The notes under the pieces are model-generated. The model ran no database searches. It was given only the letters and a program-made list of their open reading frames with translations, and was not told the origin of the DNA. From the sequence record DRR378314_661: DNA of 55,096 bases, one strand, 5' to 3'. Below, in pieces: positions 8,983 to 19,102 of the stretch (the first letter of the stretch is position 1; each line of letters starts with the position of its first letter). The position numbers and the translations under genes are program-made.

Positions 8983-11900
8983 CACCGGCCTCCCCGTCTT
9001 CTGTGTCACCTGCCCATTCGGCGCGACGCGCGAGCAGATTGTAGCCATTGTCGTATTTGACGAACTTGACCCGTGGCGCAGACAGGAATTGTGCAGACGG
9101 CTCACGGTAGGCCTCAACCAGGCGCAACAATCCCTCTTCTGCGATAACCGCCATCTCCGCTGGTTCAGTCGGCAGACTATGCTTCCCGCCGAGGCTAAAG
9201 GCATCTGGCTTGGCCTTGAAGGCAACGTAATGAAGTTGATCGACGCGCGCGGCTGGAACGCCCTCATAGCCCCCCTTCTGCGCGATCAGGGCCTGGAGCG
9301 GCATTTGCTGGCTGAGGCCTGTCGCGACTTCCTTGTCACGCGGTGGATTGCCAGTCTTGAAGTCCACGATAACGAGGTCCCCAACCGCCGTGCGCTCAAT
9401 GCGGTCAGCGGTGGCTGAAAGTGTGAAAGCATGCCCGCCAACTTCGTAGTCGATCCGCCCTCTGACTTCCTGCTTCAGTCGCCCACCTGACGTATCGCGC
9501 TGACTGCGCCAGACGAGATACCAATCGACGGTACGCTGCCAGACGGCCTCTCGGGCGGCCCAGGCATCCGCAGGCTCGCCTACACGAAGCAATTCCTGCC
9601 GGAGCAACGCCATGAGCTGTTCGGATGTTTTGGTTTTCCCGTCTTCCTCGAAAAGTTCGAGAGCGCGGTGAATGGCCGTGCCTCGCGGCGCAGGTCCAAG
9701 ATCATCGTTCAGGGCATCCACGGTCGACAGCCCCAGCACTTGCTCACACCACAACGCATAGGGGTCTCTCTGCAGGAGATCGACGCGCGTCGCCGAAAGA
9801 CGCTTTGGCCAGCCTTCCGGCCGTGCGCTGGGCGTAGGCTCGGCATTGAAATCGGCGAGTGAATCGACACCGTCATTCTTCAGCGCCTCGACAAGGTCGA
9901 CAGGGTCAAACGCCGTTGGCGCCAGATGCGCTGCCGCGTCCTTGCCCAATGCGCCTTCCGCCAGCGTTTTCAGACGCCAGACCCAGCGAGACGCGACCGC
10001 TGGTGCATCATTGCGACGCGCCGAATAGACCAGTGTCACGTCCGGAGCACAAGCAAGTTGGGCAAAGTCGTGCGCCGCAAGCCCCATCCGCTCTTCCGGG
10101 TCCCCAAGACCCAATCGCGCCCGAAAATGTCGCGGAAGGAACGCGTCAGCTGCCGGTCGTTTTGGCCAAACGTCTTCATTCAGTCCAGCGAGAATGACGC
10201 GGTCTGCCGTCTGCAGGCGCGCCTCCAATGGCCCCCAGATAGACAATTGCGGATGCTCAGCCTCACCGAAGCTGACCGTCATCTGGGCCGCTTGAGCATT
10301 TACCAGATCTGCCAGCGCCGATGGCTTCATCGGGCCTAGTGATACCGATACGTCTCGGACAAATTCCAGCAAGCGACTTGTGGCCGCCCCGTCTTCGCCG
10401 GCCCAGGGCATTGGCGTCTCGCTGACCGCTTCCGACAAAGCTGCAATGCGCTCTATCGCCTCCGCACCAGTGACGTCTTGTAACTGGCTCAGATCAGCCC
10501 GCGCATGATCGAAATGCGAAATGAGGTTCTGGACTAGATCAATTGCTGCAATCTGGTGATCCGATTTGAATTGTGGATAGGGCTCGATCGTGTCCCGCAA
10601 GCGTATACTCTCAACTAACTCGGCGAGGGATCGCCAACGGCGTGGACCACGCAGGAAATACAATTCCAGATCCGCAAGCCCCTCAATGGGCGCCGCGAGT
10701 TCGTGCGACAGGACAGACATCATCAGAACCGGATCGCCCGGATCAACCGCCCATTTGGCGCAGAGTCCCACAAAACTGCCCGCTGCCGTGCGCCCCACCG
10801 GAATACCGGCAGAAGGCGGTACGTTTATGTTCCACCGCTTCAACAAGGCCGAGACCCGCCGGGCAAGGCCAGCGTCCGGGGTGACAAGCGCCGCCGTACG
10901 GCCCTCAACTTCAAGAGTTTCCCGCATGATCAGAGAAATGGCGGAGGCTTCGGCAGGTTCATCCGGCGCCTCAATCAGGGACAAGCCATCCAACGCCTGC
11001 CTCGCGAAGGTCGCAACATCCGTCTCCGCACTTGCAGCGAGTTGATCAAGCGTGTCACGCCAGTCGGCAGTAGCATCTGCAGGTGCCAGCGCCTCCATGA
11101 TCATGCGGCGGCGTGCATAGCGGTGAGGGTTCGCCTGGCTTCGTGGCCACTCCGCGACATCGCCGGGATCAAGCTTCAAATCCTGCAGCGTACTCATCAG
11201 AGCATTCTGGGGATGTCCGATCTCGGACAGAATCGCGAGACGCTGCTCTTCGGACACATCCCTATCAAGCCCGGGAAACACGACCAACCCCTTCGGCAGT
11301 TGAAGCGCAGCCTTCATCAGCGCACGCCCTGAAGGCGTTGCGCCAGTAGAGCCCGCTATGATAACGGGCGCCTGAGGCATAGCGCTCTGCCACGCATTTG
11401 CGGTCGCTTCAGCTGCCAGCAGGCGCCGTTCGAGTGGGTCGGCAGCTCCCTGTTCTTTCAGAAAAGCTGGCCATGCCGTTGTGATGATTTCAAGGAACTT
11501 CGCTGAGTTTTCCCAATGCTGGGCGAGGTCTGTTTCCTTCACCAGATCAGGAAGGCCGCTCCAGTCGGCCTCTGCGCTAAGATGCGCCTGATCCAGCAGA
11601 CGCGCGAGTTCGTTTGCTGCGGCAAGCGCGGACGAAGGCGGCACGTCCATACCGGAACTATTGCGATAATAGGCTTGCACCAGCGCCGCCAAATTCCCCA
11701 ATCGCGTGGCAGACGTTACGGCTGGCGGCAGGTCCGTTTCGGATATCTCTGCAACAGGAGGCGCCTCATCGCTTTCAAGATCCCCCAGCGCGCGGATATC
11801 CGGTGACAGGATCGGCGTTTCATTTGCGGCGAGATACAGCGCCGCCGACAACTCACGTGCGGATCGCCTGTTCGGCACATAGATCGTCGCATCAGCGAGC

Positions 11901-12031
11901 GCATCTGGATTCCCGGAAAGGTCCACGGCGTGGGCCAGTTCCGTCGCGAGGGCCTTCAGGAAGTTTTCGCCGGGCGGGATGGACCAGGCCTTCGACGCCC
12001 CGGCACCGAAAATATTCGGATCACTGACCAT
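8975..12031 (-). CDS. addB: double-strand break repair protein AddB
   Basis: IPPG..FL, YVPNRR, IAGSTG, IWGPLEARLQ, SRW.WRL, ADRIE...IVDFKTG. Confidence 0.95.
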   Translation of the reverse strand: MVSDPNIFGAGASKAWSIPPGENFLKALATELAHAVDLSGNPDALADATIYVPNRRSARELSAALYLAANETPILSPDIRALGDLESDEAPPVAEISETDLPPAVTSATRLGNLAALVQAYYRNSSGMDVPPSSALAAANELARLLDQAHLSAEADWSGLPDLVKETDLAQHWENSAKFLEIITTAWPAFLKEQGAADPLERRLLAAEATANAWQSAMPQAPVIIAGSTGATPSGRALMKAALQLPKGLVVFPGLDRDVSEEQRLAILSEIGHPQNALMSTLQDLKLDPGDVAEWPRSQANPHRYARRRMIMEALAPADATADWRDTLDQLAASAETDVATFARQALDGLSLIEAPDEPAEASAISLIMRETLEVEGRTAALVTPDAGLARRVSALLKRWNINVPPSAGIPVGRTAAGSFVGLCAKWAVDPGDPVLMMSVLSHELAAPIEGLADLELYFLRGPRRWRSLAELVESIRLRDTIEPYPQFKSDHQIAAIDLVQNLISHFDHARADLSQLQDVTGAEAIERIAALSEAVSETPMPWAGEDGAATSRLLEFVRDVSVSLGPMKPSALADLVNAQAAQMTVSFGEAEHPQLSIWGPLEARLQTADRVILAGLNEDVWPKRPAADAFLPRHFRARLGLGDPEERMGLAAHDFAQLACAPDVTLVYSARRNDAPAVASRWVWRLKTLAEGALGKDAAAHLAPTAFDPVDLVEALKNDGVDSLADFNAEPTPSARPEGWPKRLSATRVDLLQRDPYALWCEQVLGLSTVDALNDDLGPAPRGTAIHRALELFEEDGKTKTSEQLMALLRQELLRVGEPADAWAAREAVWQRTVDWYLVWRSQRDTSGGRLKQEVRGRIDYEVGGHAFTLSATADRIERTAVGDLVIVDFKTGNPPRDKEVATGLSQQMPLQALIAQKGGYEGVPAARVDQLHYVAFKAKPDAFSLGGKHSLPTEPAEMAVIAEEGLLRLVEAYREPSAQFLSAPRVKFVKYDNGYNLLARRAEWAGDTEDGEAGDV

Positions 12032-12749
12032 GACAGTGCAACCACATCTCAGCATCCTTCAACGCGTCCGGATCGCCGACATGGAGCCAGAAATCATCCA
12101 GCGGCAGACCATGCAATCGCCCCGCCTCAACCAGTGGCCCCCAGATACGCCAGGCAACTGAAAACCGCTCAACCTCCAGCCCGGCAAATGCCTGAGGCTT
12201 CAGAATGCGAACGCCCGCATACGCCCAAGGGGCCGAGGGATTGTCACCACGTCGGGACAGGCTCCCGGTTTCGGACCGAATAAAGTCCCCCGCGCCTCCA
12301 TATCCGAGGCTGCGCTGGGTGTCGGCCAATAGCAGGAGTTCATCCATGCGATCAGGATCAAACACCTCAGCCAGCTGAACGAACGGCGCTGGATCACCGC
12401 GCCCCCAGAACGCATCAGTATTGACGACAAAGATAGGATCCTCGCCGAGCAAAGGCGCTGCCTTCGCCAGCGCCCCGCCTGTTTCAAGCACTTCGCTGCG
12501 CTCGTCAGATACAATCACGTCTGCACCCTCGATGCCGGAAACATGGTTTTCCACCTGATCGGCCAGCCAATGCACATTGACGACAATCCGCTTCACACCG
12601 GCCGCAATCAGCGGCTCGATCATACGGTCCATAAGACGCTTTCCGGACACTTCAATCAGCGGCTTCGGGCACGTATCCGTCAGCGGCCTCATCCGTGTGC
12701 CCAACCCGGCGGCGAGCACCATGGCCGTATGCGGAACTTCAATCGGCAT
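12021..12749 (-). CDS. murU: nucleotidyltransferase (MurNAc-1-P uridylyltransferase-like)
   Basis: MVLAAGLGTRMRPLT...PKPL, LETGG; adjacent to amgK-like kinase. Confidence 0.85.
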   Translation of the reverse strand: MPIEVPHTAMVLAAGLGTRMRPLTDTCPKPLIEVSGKRLMDRMIEPLIAAGVKRIVVNVHWLADQVENHVSGIEGADVIVSDERSEVLETGGALAKAAPLLGEDPIFVVNTDAFWGRGDPAPFVQLAEVFDPDRMDELLLLADTQRSLGYGGAGDFIRSETGSLSRRGDNPSAPWAYAGVRILKPQAFAGLEVERFSVAWRIWGPLVEAGRLHGLPLDDFWLHVGDPDALKDAEMWLHCHGQ

Positions 12750-13840
12750 CAGGATTCCTCAAATACAAAAGGTGTCGTTTCCCGCACGAAAGCCTCCATG
12801 GAAGCCAATGCAGGATGAGACAGGTTGCGCGCGAGTAGTTTCAATTGTCGTGGCTGGAATGTTCCATAGCGCGGCTTCCCATCGCGGTGTTGAAGCCTTG
12901 AAAACACACCTGCAATGCGCAGCGCGTTCAGCGCTCCAATTACAGCGAGCCGTTCGTCGAATGCCTCACGCGCCTTTCCGGTCTGGTCGAGATAATGCCG
13001 GATGGCGGCCTCTGATGCCGCTTCGGACACTACCCTTCGCGCATCCTGTGTCAGCATTGCCATATCCCACGCGTCCCAGCCTTTCACTGCATCCTGAAAG
13101 TCCAGCAATGCAATGCGCTCGTCCCCGAGCCAAAGCAGGTTCTCAGCATGGTAATCGCGCAGCGTGAACACGCGCGGAAACGACATCGCTTGTTCGATCA
13201 ACGCATCGCGCTCCTGTTCCCATTTGGCTCGCGCGGTTCCGCTGAGCGCTTTGCCACCAGCTTCCACCGGCAACCAATCTGCATAGAGATCCGCGTTCGA
13301 GGCCAGAGCGAGGCGGTCAAACTCCAGGATCGGCCAATGCTCATTGCCGTCCGAGACGACATCAGGAATAGGATGAGCGTGCAGCCGGGCCAGCATGTCA
13401 GCGGCAAGCGTGTAGGCTGGAACCTCAAGCTCCGGCGTGCGCTCCAAATGACGGGCGAGTTCCATCCCGTCTCCGAAATCCTGCAACAGCGCGAGGCCAG
13501 CTTGCGTGTCATGGGCCAAGACCTTTGGCGCTTCAAAGCCGAGCGAACGCAGATGATTGGCGATCAGCACAAATGCGTCCACGCGCGATGCGGCCAGCCG
13601 CGTCTGGGCGTTCCACCCCATCGCAGTGCGCGTCGCGTCGTCGGCATCCGGTGGGCACGGATCCGCCTCAATGCGTGGAGCATCCATGAGCATCGCCGTT
13701 GTCCCATCTGGCATCGCCAGCCGAATGTAGCGGCGCGTAGAGGCATCTTGCCCAAGTGGCAGCAACACCGCGTCCCCCCAACCATGCTGGGATAGGAATG
13801 CGGCGATCAGTTTATCACGCATGCTAGAATCGAAACTCAT
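12749..13840 (-). CDS. amgK: aminoglycoside-phosphotransferase-family anomeric sugar kinase (AmgK-like)
   Basis: DASTRRY.R, RDYHAENL, LDFQDA, DGKPRY motifs; tsaE-amgK-murU order. Confidence 0.85.
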   Translation of the reverse strand: MSFDSSMRDKLIAAFLSQHGWGDAVLLPLGQDASTRRYIRLAMPDGTTAMLMDAPRIEADPCPPDADDATRTAMGWNAQTRLAASRVDAFVLIANHLRSLGFEAPKVLAHDTQAGLALLQDFGDGMELARHLERTPELEVPAYTLAADMLARLHAHPIPDVVSDGNEHWPILEFDRLALASNADLYADWLPVEAGGKALSGTARAKWEQERDALIEQAMSFPRVFTLRDYHAENLLWLGDERIALLDFQDAVKGWDAWDMAMLTQDARRVVSEAASEAAIRHYLDQTGKAREAFDERLAVIGALNALRIAGVFSRLQHRDGKPRYGTFQPRQLKLLARNLSHPALASMEAFVRETTPFVFEES

Positions 13841-14279
13841 CGCACCGTTTCTGCCAGTCTTCGCCATGCGGTTCCAGCGTAACGCGCCGATGCTCACCCT
13901 CGAAGTCAAAGACAATGTCGAGACGCCAGGCTGGCAGGCGCGAACCGGCCTTGTCTGGCCATTCGATTAGCGCCACGCCGTCTTGGGTTTCATCCCAGCC
14001 GATTTCGTCCATCTCATCGGGCGACTCAAGGCGATACAGGTCAAAATGCCAGACTGGAAATTCAGGCCCATCATAAGTTTGTACCAGCGTGTAAGTGGGG
14101 CTGGGCACGTCCTCAACAAAAGGCACCAAAGCGCGGATCAATCCGCGACTGAACGTCGTCTTGCCGACACCAAGCCCGCCATGCAGGGCAATCACATCCC
14201 CCGGCTTCACCAGGCGTGCCAGCTCCGCGCCCAATTGAAGTGTACGGGCCTCGTCTTCAAGTTCGTAAGTCTGAGTCAT
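13824..14279 (-). CDS. tsaE: tRNA t6A biosynthesis ATPase TsaE
   Basis: L.G.LG.GKTT..R, VPSPTYTLVQ.Y, HFDLYRL, IEWP. Confidence 0.95.
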   Translation of the reverse strand: MTQTYELEDEARTLQLGAELARLVKPGDVIALHGGLGVGKTTFSRGLIRALVPFVEDVPSPTYTLVQTYDGPEFPVWHFDLYRLESPDEMDEIGWDETQDGVALIEWPDKAGSRLPAWRLDIVFDFEGEHRRVTLEPHGEDWQKRCDEFRF

Positions 14280-14395
14280 CACATTCTGCATATAAAAGAG
14301 AACCAGGAGACACCATCGTTTCCTGTCGAAATTGCGGCAATTGGCGTGGTGACATGCCTTGCGGTAACAGGCAGACTGGCCTAGAAACAGGAAAG

Positions 14396-14411
14396 ATGAC
14401 GCATGCGTCAT
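14396..14411. promoter_or_regulatory. perfect 16-bp palindrome, candidate operator
   Basis: ATGACGCATGCGTCAT in the divergent tsaE/ferredoxin reductase intergenic region. Confidence 0.4.
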
Positions 14412-14443
14412 GAATTGACGCTACGTAGCCGGGGAACGGGATT

Positions 14444-15694
14444 TTGGATCTTACGGACGCAAAACGAATTGTGGTGCTTGGCGGTGGTCAGGCCGCAGCA
14501 CAGGCGATCCAGTCTCTGCGAATGGGTGGCTATGACGGCGAGCTGACACTTGTCGGCGCCGAAGCCGCCCTGCCTTACCAGCGTCCACCCCTGTCAAAAG
14601 CCTACATGAAGGGCGAGTTTGCCGAGGAACGCCTCTATTTCAAACCAGCGGCCTGGTACGAAGACAACAATGTGGATCTGGTCCTTTCGACCCGCGCCAC
14701 CGCGATCAATCGAGCAGACCGGACCGTCGAAATCGAACATGGTGGCAAGCTCGACTATGACGCACTGATCATCGCCACCGGATCGCGCCCGCGGAACCTG
14801 CCGATTGAAGGCGCCAATCTCGAACATGTCTACGCGCTGAGGGATTTGGCTGATGTGGAGCGCATCCGCCCGCAGATGGTCGCAGGCCGCTCCATCGTTA
14901 TCGTTGGCGCTGGCTATATCGGGCTGGAAGCTGCTGCCGTCGCCCAACAAATGGGCCTGAAGGCAACCGTGCTTGAGATGGCACCGCGCGTTCTCGCTCG
15001 CGTGACCAGCCCCGTCATGAGCGAGTTCTACGAGAACGAACACCGCCGGCAAGGCGTGGACATCCGAACAGAAACCAGCCTCTCGAAGCTCGAAGGTACG
15101 GAAGATGGAGCCGTCTCGAAAGCTGTGTTGAGTGACGGAACAATTCTGGACGCAGATATCGTGCTCGTCGGGATCGGCATTCTGCCCAACGAGGAACTCG
15201 CCAAAGACGCGGGGATCAGTTGCAATAACGGCATCCTGGTTGATCGCGACGCACGTACATCTGATCCGAGAGTGTTCGCGGCGGGCGATTGCGCGAGCCG
15301 TCCGCTTGTTCACTTCGGACGCTCCGGCCGTCTGGAAAGCGTTCACAATGCGATTGAGCAAGGCAAATTGGCCGCCGCGGCAATTCTCGGCAAGTCACGG
15401 CCTGTCGAAGACTGCCCCTGGTTCTGGTCCGACCAATATGATCTGAAGCTTCAAATCGCAGGCCTGAGCGAAGGGTATGACCAAATCGTCGTGCGCGGAA
15501 ATCCGGAAGACCGCAAATTCGCTGCCTTTTACCTGAAAAACGGCACACTCATCGCGGTGGACGCGATCAATAGTCCGCCGGAGTTTCTGGCGTCGAAAAA
15601 GCTCATCATGTCAGGTGCAAAAATATCGGCTGACATTCTGGCAGATACATCAATATCAATGAAAGAGATTGCCGCTAAAGCATCGGCAGCTTGA
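14444..15694 (+). CDS. ferredoxin reductase (putidaredoxin reductase-like)
   Basis: [51 protein letters not shown] start. Confidence 0.93.
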   Translation: MDLTDAKRIVVLGGGQAAAQAIQSLRMGGYDGELTLVGAEAALPYQRPPLSKAYMKGEFAEERLYFKPAAWYEDNNVDLVLSTRATAINRADRTVEIEHGGKLDYDALIIATGSRPRNLPIEGANLEHVYALRDLADVERIRPQMVAGRSIVIVGAGYIGLEAAAVAQQMGLKATVLEMAPRVLARVTSPVMSEFYENEHRRQGVDIRTETSLSKLEGTEDGAVSKAVLSDGTILDADIVLVGIGILPNEELAKDAGISCNNGILVDRDARTSDPRVFAAGDCASRPLVHFGRSGRLESVHNAIEQGKLAAAAILGKSRPVEDCPWFWSDQYDLKLQIAGLSEGYDQIVVRGNPEDRKFAAFYLKNGTLIAVDAINSPPEFLASKKLIMSGAKISADILADTSISMKEIAAKASAA

Positions 15695-15711
15695 AGGAGA
15701 GAAACCGGCCC

Positions 15712-16032
15712 ATGGCGAAAATTACCTATATCGATCACGACGGCACTGAGCGTGTCGTAGAGGCACAGAACGGCGAGACCGTAATGGAAGCCGCGATCAA
15801 GAATTCCATCCCCGGCATCGATGCCGATTGTGGCGGCGCCTGCGCCTGCGCCACGTGCCATGTCTATGTGGACGCAGCCTTCATGGATAAGGTTGGCGAA
15901 CAGGAAGAGATGGAAAAGTCCATGCTGGATTTTGCCGAGAACGTTCAGGAAAACTCCCGCCTGTCCTGTCAGATCACCGTATCGGACGCGCTCGACGGCC
16001 TGAAGGTGACCACACCGGAAAGCCAGCACTAG
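15712..16032 (+). CDS. fdxB: 2Fe-2S ferredoxin (adrenodoxin/putidaredoxin type)
   Basis: [16 protein letters not shown] and SRLSCQ; resembles Caulobacter FdII as I recall it; RBS AAGGAG. Confidence 0.92.
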   Translation: MAKITYIDHDGTERVVEAQNGETVMEAAIKNSIPGIDADCGGACACATCHVYVDAAFMDKVGEQEEMEKSMLDFAENVQENSRLSCQITVSDALDGLKVTTPESQH

Positions 16033-16056
16033 TCTGAACCTTGAAACGCGATTCAC

Positions 16057-16085
16057 AACGCCCCGGTCAAAGCTGGGGCGTTTTT
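16057..16085 (+). terminator. rho-independent terminator
   Basis: AACGCCCCGG-tcaaag-CTGGGGCGTTTTT. Confidence 0.85.
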
Positions 16086-16165
16086 GCATCTGGATGCCCC
16101 AGCGTTACCAGTTGGTTCCTTTCCGGAACTGACTAAGTCTGAGTGGCAAGATACGGAGACTTTCA

Positions 16166-16954
16166 ATGGACTTCACATCCCTGATGGAGAGCGGCAAGCA
16201 GACCGGAGACCGGTCAGTATCGTTTCACATTCCCGAGACCTGGATGCAGGGGCGCACGACCTATGGCGGCCTGACATCCGCGCTGTGCCTGAAGGCCGCG
16301 CTGCCAACATCGGGCGGACGACAGATCCGCTCCGCCCAAGTGGCCTTTGTCGGCCCCGTTTCCGGTGACGTCGAATGTACCGCCACACTGCTGCGTGAAG
16401 GCAAGAACACCGTGTTCACAAGCGTGCGGATGACCGGCGAGACCGGAGTAGCTGCCGAAGCCATCTTTGCATTCGGCGCACACAGGGAGTCCCGGCTGAA
16501 CTTTGCTAACCTCCCCGCGCCGGACGTCAGCACCCCGGAAGAAATGATGTCCTTCTTCGGAGATTCAAATCGCCGCCCGGCCTTCACGCGGAACTTCAAT
16601 ATGAGATTGGCCGCAGGTCAGCCGCCCATGTCGGGTGCAGACAAGGCCGACATGTCCCTATGGATGCGTCACAAGGATGGGGCCGTCGCGCCAAGTGACA
16701 TTTCTGTTCTGGCCCTGGCGGATGCCCCGCCCCCAGCGTCCATGGCCATGCTGACCGAACCAGCCTTGATCAGTTCCATGACCTGGATGGCAGAGTTCCT
16801 GACGGACGATATCCAGACGGATGACGGCTGGTTCCTTGCCCGCCACATCGCGGAAGCGTCAAAGGATGGATACAACAGTCAGGCAATGACACTCTGGAAT
16901 ACGCGCGGTGAGCCAATTATGATCGGCCGGCAGACGATCGCGATGTTTGCGTAA
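16166..16954 (+). CDS. acyl-CoA thioesterase family protein (double hotdog, TesB-like)
   Basis: W.QGRTTYGG, LR.GK, LADAPPP, S.TW, QTIA.F motifs. Confidence 0.88.
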   Translation: MDFTSLMESGKQTGDRSVSFHIPETWMQGRTTYGGLTSALCLKAALPTSGGRQIRSAQVAFVGPVSGDVECTATLLREGKNTVFTSVRMTGETGVAAEAIFAFGAHRESRLNFANLPAPDVSTPEEMMSFFGDSNRRPAFTRNFNMRLAAGQPPMSGADKADMSLWMRHKDGAVAPSDISVLALADAPPPASMAMLTEPALISSMTWMAEFLTDDIQTDDGWFLARHIAEASKDGYNSQAMTLWNTRGEPIMIGRQTIAMFA

Positions 16955-16955
16955 T

Positions 16956-17846
16956 CTAGTCTTCGGAGTCTGGCGTTTCGGTATCATTGATAATCGGGCC
17001 AGGCTCCAACACTTTCAGGAGCGAAGCAGGAACCTCTCCAACGGGACAGGCCTGTTGCAGAACATAAGCGTTTCCAACACCTGGCGCACCTGCGTGAACC
17101 GGAGCTGCAATCGTCTGCGACCGAAAGATCCAGCTGAGGAAGAACATCGCGAACACAGCAGCACCTACAGCCGCGAGCGTGCCCCACCCCATTCCGAGCG
17201 GATCGGATGCCTTGGTCGCATTTGTGGCAACAGGCTTGCGAACGGCGCTCTGGCTCGGGACAGGCTTTACGGAAGCTTTCGCCAGCGCTGCAGCACTCGC
17301 AGTTTCTGCGGCTGGCGCAGGCTTGATGCCCATCGCCTTCTCGCGCTTCTTCTTGTCGTCAATAGCAATTGGATCGTCTGGATGCGCCGCGATCCAATCG
17401 GCCCGCGAATCTTCGTCCTTTTTGCCATACCCCATCCATTCGCGCAGATCGGACCGGCCAGCACGCTGCCCGAGCTCTTCGATCATCTTGTAGAAGCCTT
17501 CCGGCGTCTTGCGGGAGGTCATGCCTTCAATAGAAAAGCGCTTGTCGCTCTTGAACGGTTCATAGGGAATGGTTTTGTCGAGGCTTGTCTGAACGAGCAT
17601 GCCAGGACGTGAATGGCCCACCGAGGCCGCTGCCCGCACCCAATCACTTTTCACCGCATCCTTGGACCACATGACCAGCATGTATTCGGAATTGCCCGCA
17701 TTGCGCGCATCCTTGGCGTCAAACGTGGTGTCGGTCTGTTTCTGATCAAACCAGACCTTGAACTTCAGGGAGCGTAAACGCCGCGCGACAAGCTTCGCCA
17801 TGTCGCGATCCTCGATCGCCGAGACCAGAAAAACATCATACGCCAT
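16956..17846 (-). CDS. TIR-domain protein with C-terminal transmembrane segment
   Basis: YDVFLVS..ED...A, VWFD, V.WS...VKSDWV; Ala/Pro/Lys linker; hydrophobic WGTLAAVGAAVFAMFFLSWIF. Confidence 0.8.
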   Translation of the reverse strand: MAYDVFLVSAIEDRDMAKLVARRLRSLKFKVWFDQKQTDTTFDAKDARNAGNSEYMLVMWSKDAVKSDWVRAAASVGHSRPGMLVQTSLDKTIPYEPFKSDKRFSIEGMTSRKTPEGFYKMIEELGQRAGRSDLREWMGYGKKDEDSRADWIAAHPDDPIAIDDKKKREKAMGIKPAPAAETASAAALAKASVKPVPSQSAVRKPVATNATKASDPLGMGWGTLAAVGAAVFAMFFLSWIFRSQTIAAPVHAGAPGVGNAYVLQQACPVGEVPASLLKVLEPGPIINDTETPDSED

Positions 17847-17996
17847 GTGCGCGCCACCTCTTGAAGTAACAGGCCAAGCATACCCATAGACCCTTAACAT
17901 TCCACCCAATTCCGCTGTGAGGCGATATTTCAGTCTGTTTTTCGGCTGAAAATACCGCTAGTTGCGCGGCGTAACCAATTATTCAGGAGCTCTCTC

Positions 17997-19094
17997 ATGG
18001 GTTTCAAATGCGGCATCGTCGGCCTCCCAAATGTGGGTAAGTCCACGCTCTTCAACGCGCTTACGCAAACAGCCGCCGCACAGGCTGCCAACTATCCATT
18101 CTGCACCATTGAACCCAACGTCGGTGAAGTGGCCGTTCCGGAGCCCCGCCTTCAGAAGCTGGCCGAAGTGGCGGGGTCGAAGGAAATCATTCCCGCCCGC
18201 ATGAACTTCGTGGACATTGCCGGCCTGGTTGAAGGAGCGTCCCAAGGAGAAGGACTGGGCAACAAATTCCTGGCCAACATTCGCGAGACGGACGCCGTAA
18301 TCTACGTCCTGCGCTGCTTCGAGAATGACGACATCACGCATGTCAGCGGCAAGGTCGATCCGATCGCCGACTTCGAAGTCGTTGAAACAGAGCTTATGCT
18401 GGCCGATCTCGAAAGCCTTGAAAAGCGCAAGGCCGGCGTCGTGAAGAAAGCGAATTCCGGCGACAAGGAAGCGAAGGCACAGGTGGCGCTGATCGACCTC
18501 GCACTTGCCGAATTGACTGAAGGTCGTCCTGCTCGCCGGGCAGAAGTCGCAAAGGACGACATCAAAGCCTGGAACATGCTGCAATTGCTGACATCCAAGC
18601 CAGTGCTATTCGTCGCGAACGTCGACGAAGAGAGCGCGGCGACCGGGAACGAATATTCCAAACGCGTCGAGGAACGCGCCGAACAAGAGGGCGCAGGGTG
18701 CGTCGTGATTTCAGCACAGATCGAAGCTGAGCTTGCGCTGCTGGATGATCCTGACCGCGGCGAATACCTGGAGACACTCGGCCTGGAAGAGCCCGGCCTG
18801 ACCCGGTTGATCCATGCCGGCTACGACCTGCTGGACTTGCAGACCTACTTCACCGCAGGCCCGAAAGAGTCTCGCGCCTGGACCATTCGCAAAGGGTGGA
18901 CAGCGCCGAAAGCCGCCGGTGTCATCCATGGCGACTTCGAGAAGGGCTTCATTCGCGCCGAGACGATCGCCTTTGAAGACTATGTCGCGCACAATGGCGA
19001 AGCAGGCGCAAAGGAAGCTGGCAAAATGCGCGCCGAAGGCAAGGAATACGTCGTTCAGGATGGCGACGTGATGCTGTTCCGCTTCAACGTCTGA
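17997..19094 (+). CDS. ychF: redox-regulated ATPase YchF
   Basis: [43 protein letters not shown]-terminal EGK.Y.VQDGD..FRFNV. Confidence 0.98.
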   Translation: MGFKCGIVGLPNVGKSTLFNALTQTAAAQAANYPFCTIEPNVGEVAVPEPRLQKLAEVAGSKEIIPARMNFVDIAGLVEGASQGEGLGNKFLANIRETDAVIYVLRCFENDDITHVSGKVDPIADFEVVETELMLADLESLEKRKAGVVKKANSGDKEAKAQVALIDLALAELTEGRPARRAEVAKDDIKAWNMLQLLTSKPVLFVANVDEESAATGNEYSKRVEERAEQEGAGCVVISAQIEAELALLDDPDRGEYLETLGLEEPGLTRLIHAGYDLLDLQTYFTAGPKESRAWTIRKGWTAPKAAGVIHGDFEKGFIRAETIAFEDYVAHNGEAGAKEAGKMRAEGKEYVVQDGDVMLFRFNV

Positions 19095-19102
19095 TCCGAC
19101 AA

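Noticed and set aside
8983..9267. N-terminal extension of AddA in the ORF track, and similar extensions for tsaE, amgK, ccoO, MFP, trxC and TBDR
   Set aside because: Most overlap the neighbouring gene and the rest lack family-like sequence. Downstream ATGs fit family starts better.
5074..14279. tsaE-amgK-murU-addB-addA-trxA as a novel system
   Set aside because: This is a well-known conserved alphaproteobacterial gene order.
17894..17900. TTAACAT upstream of the TIR gene as a CtrA site
   Set aside because: Only a half-site, with no partner TTAA at N7 spacing.
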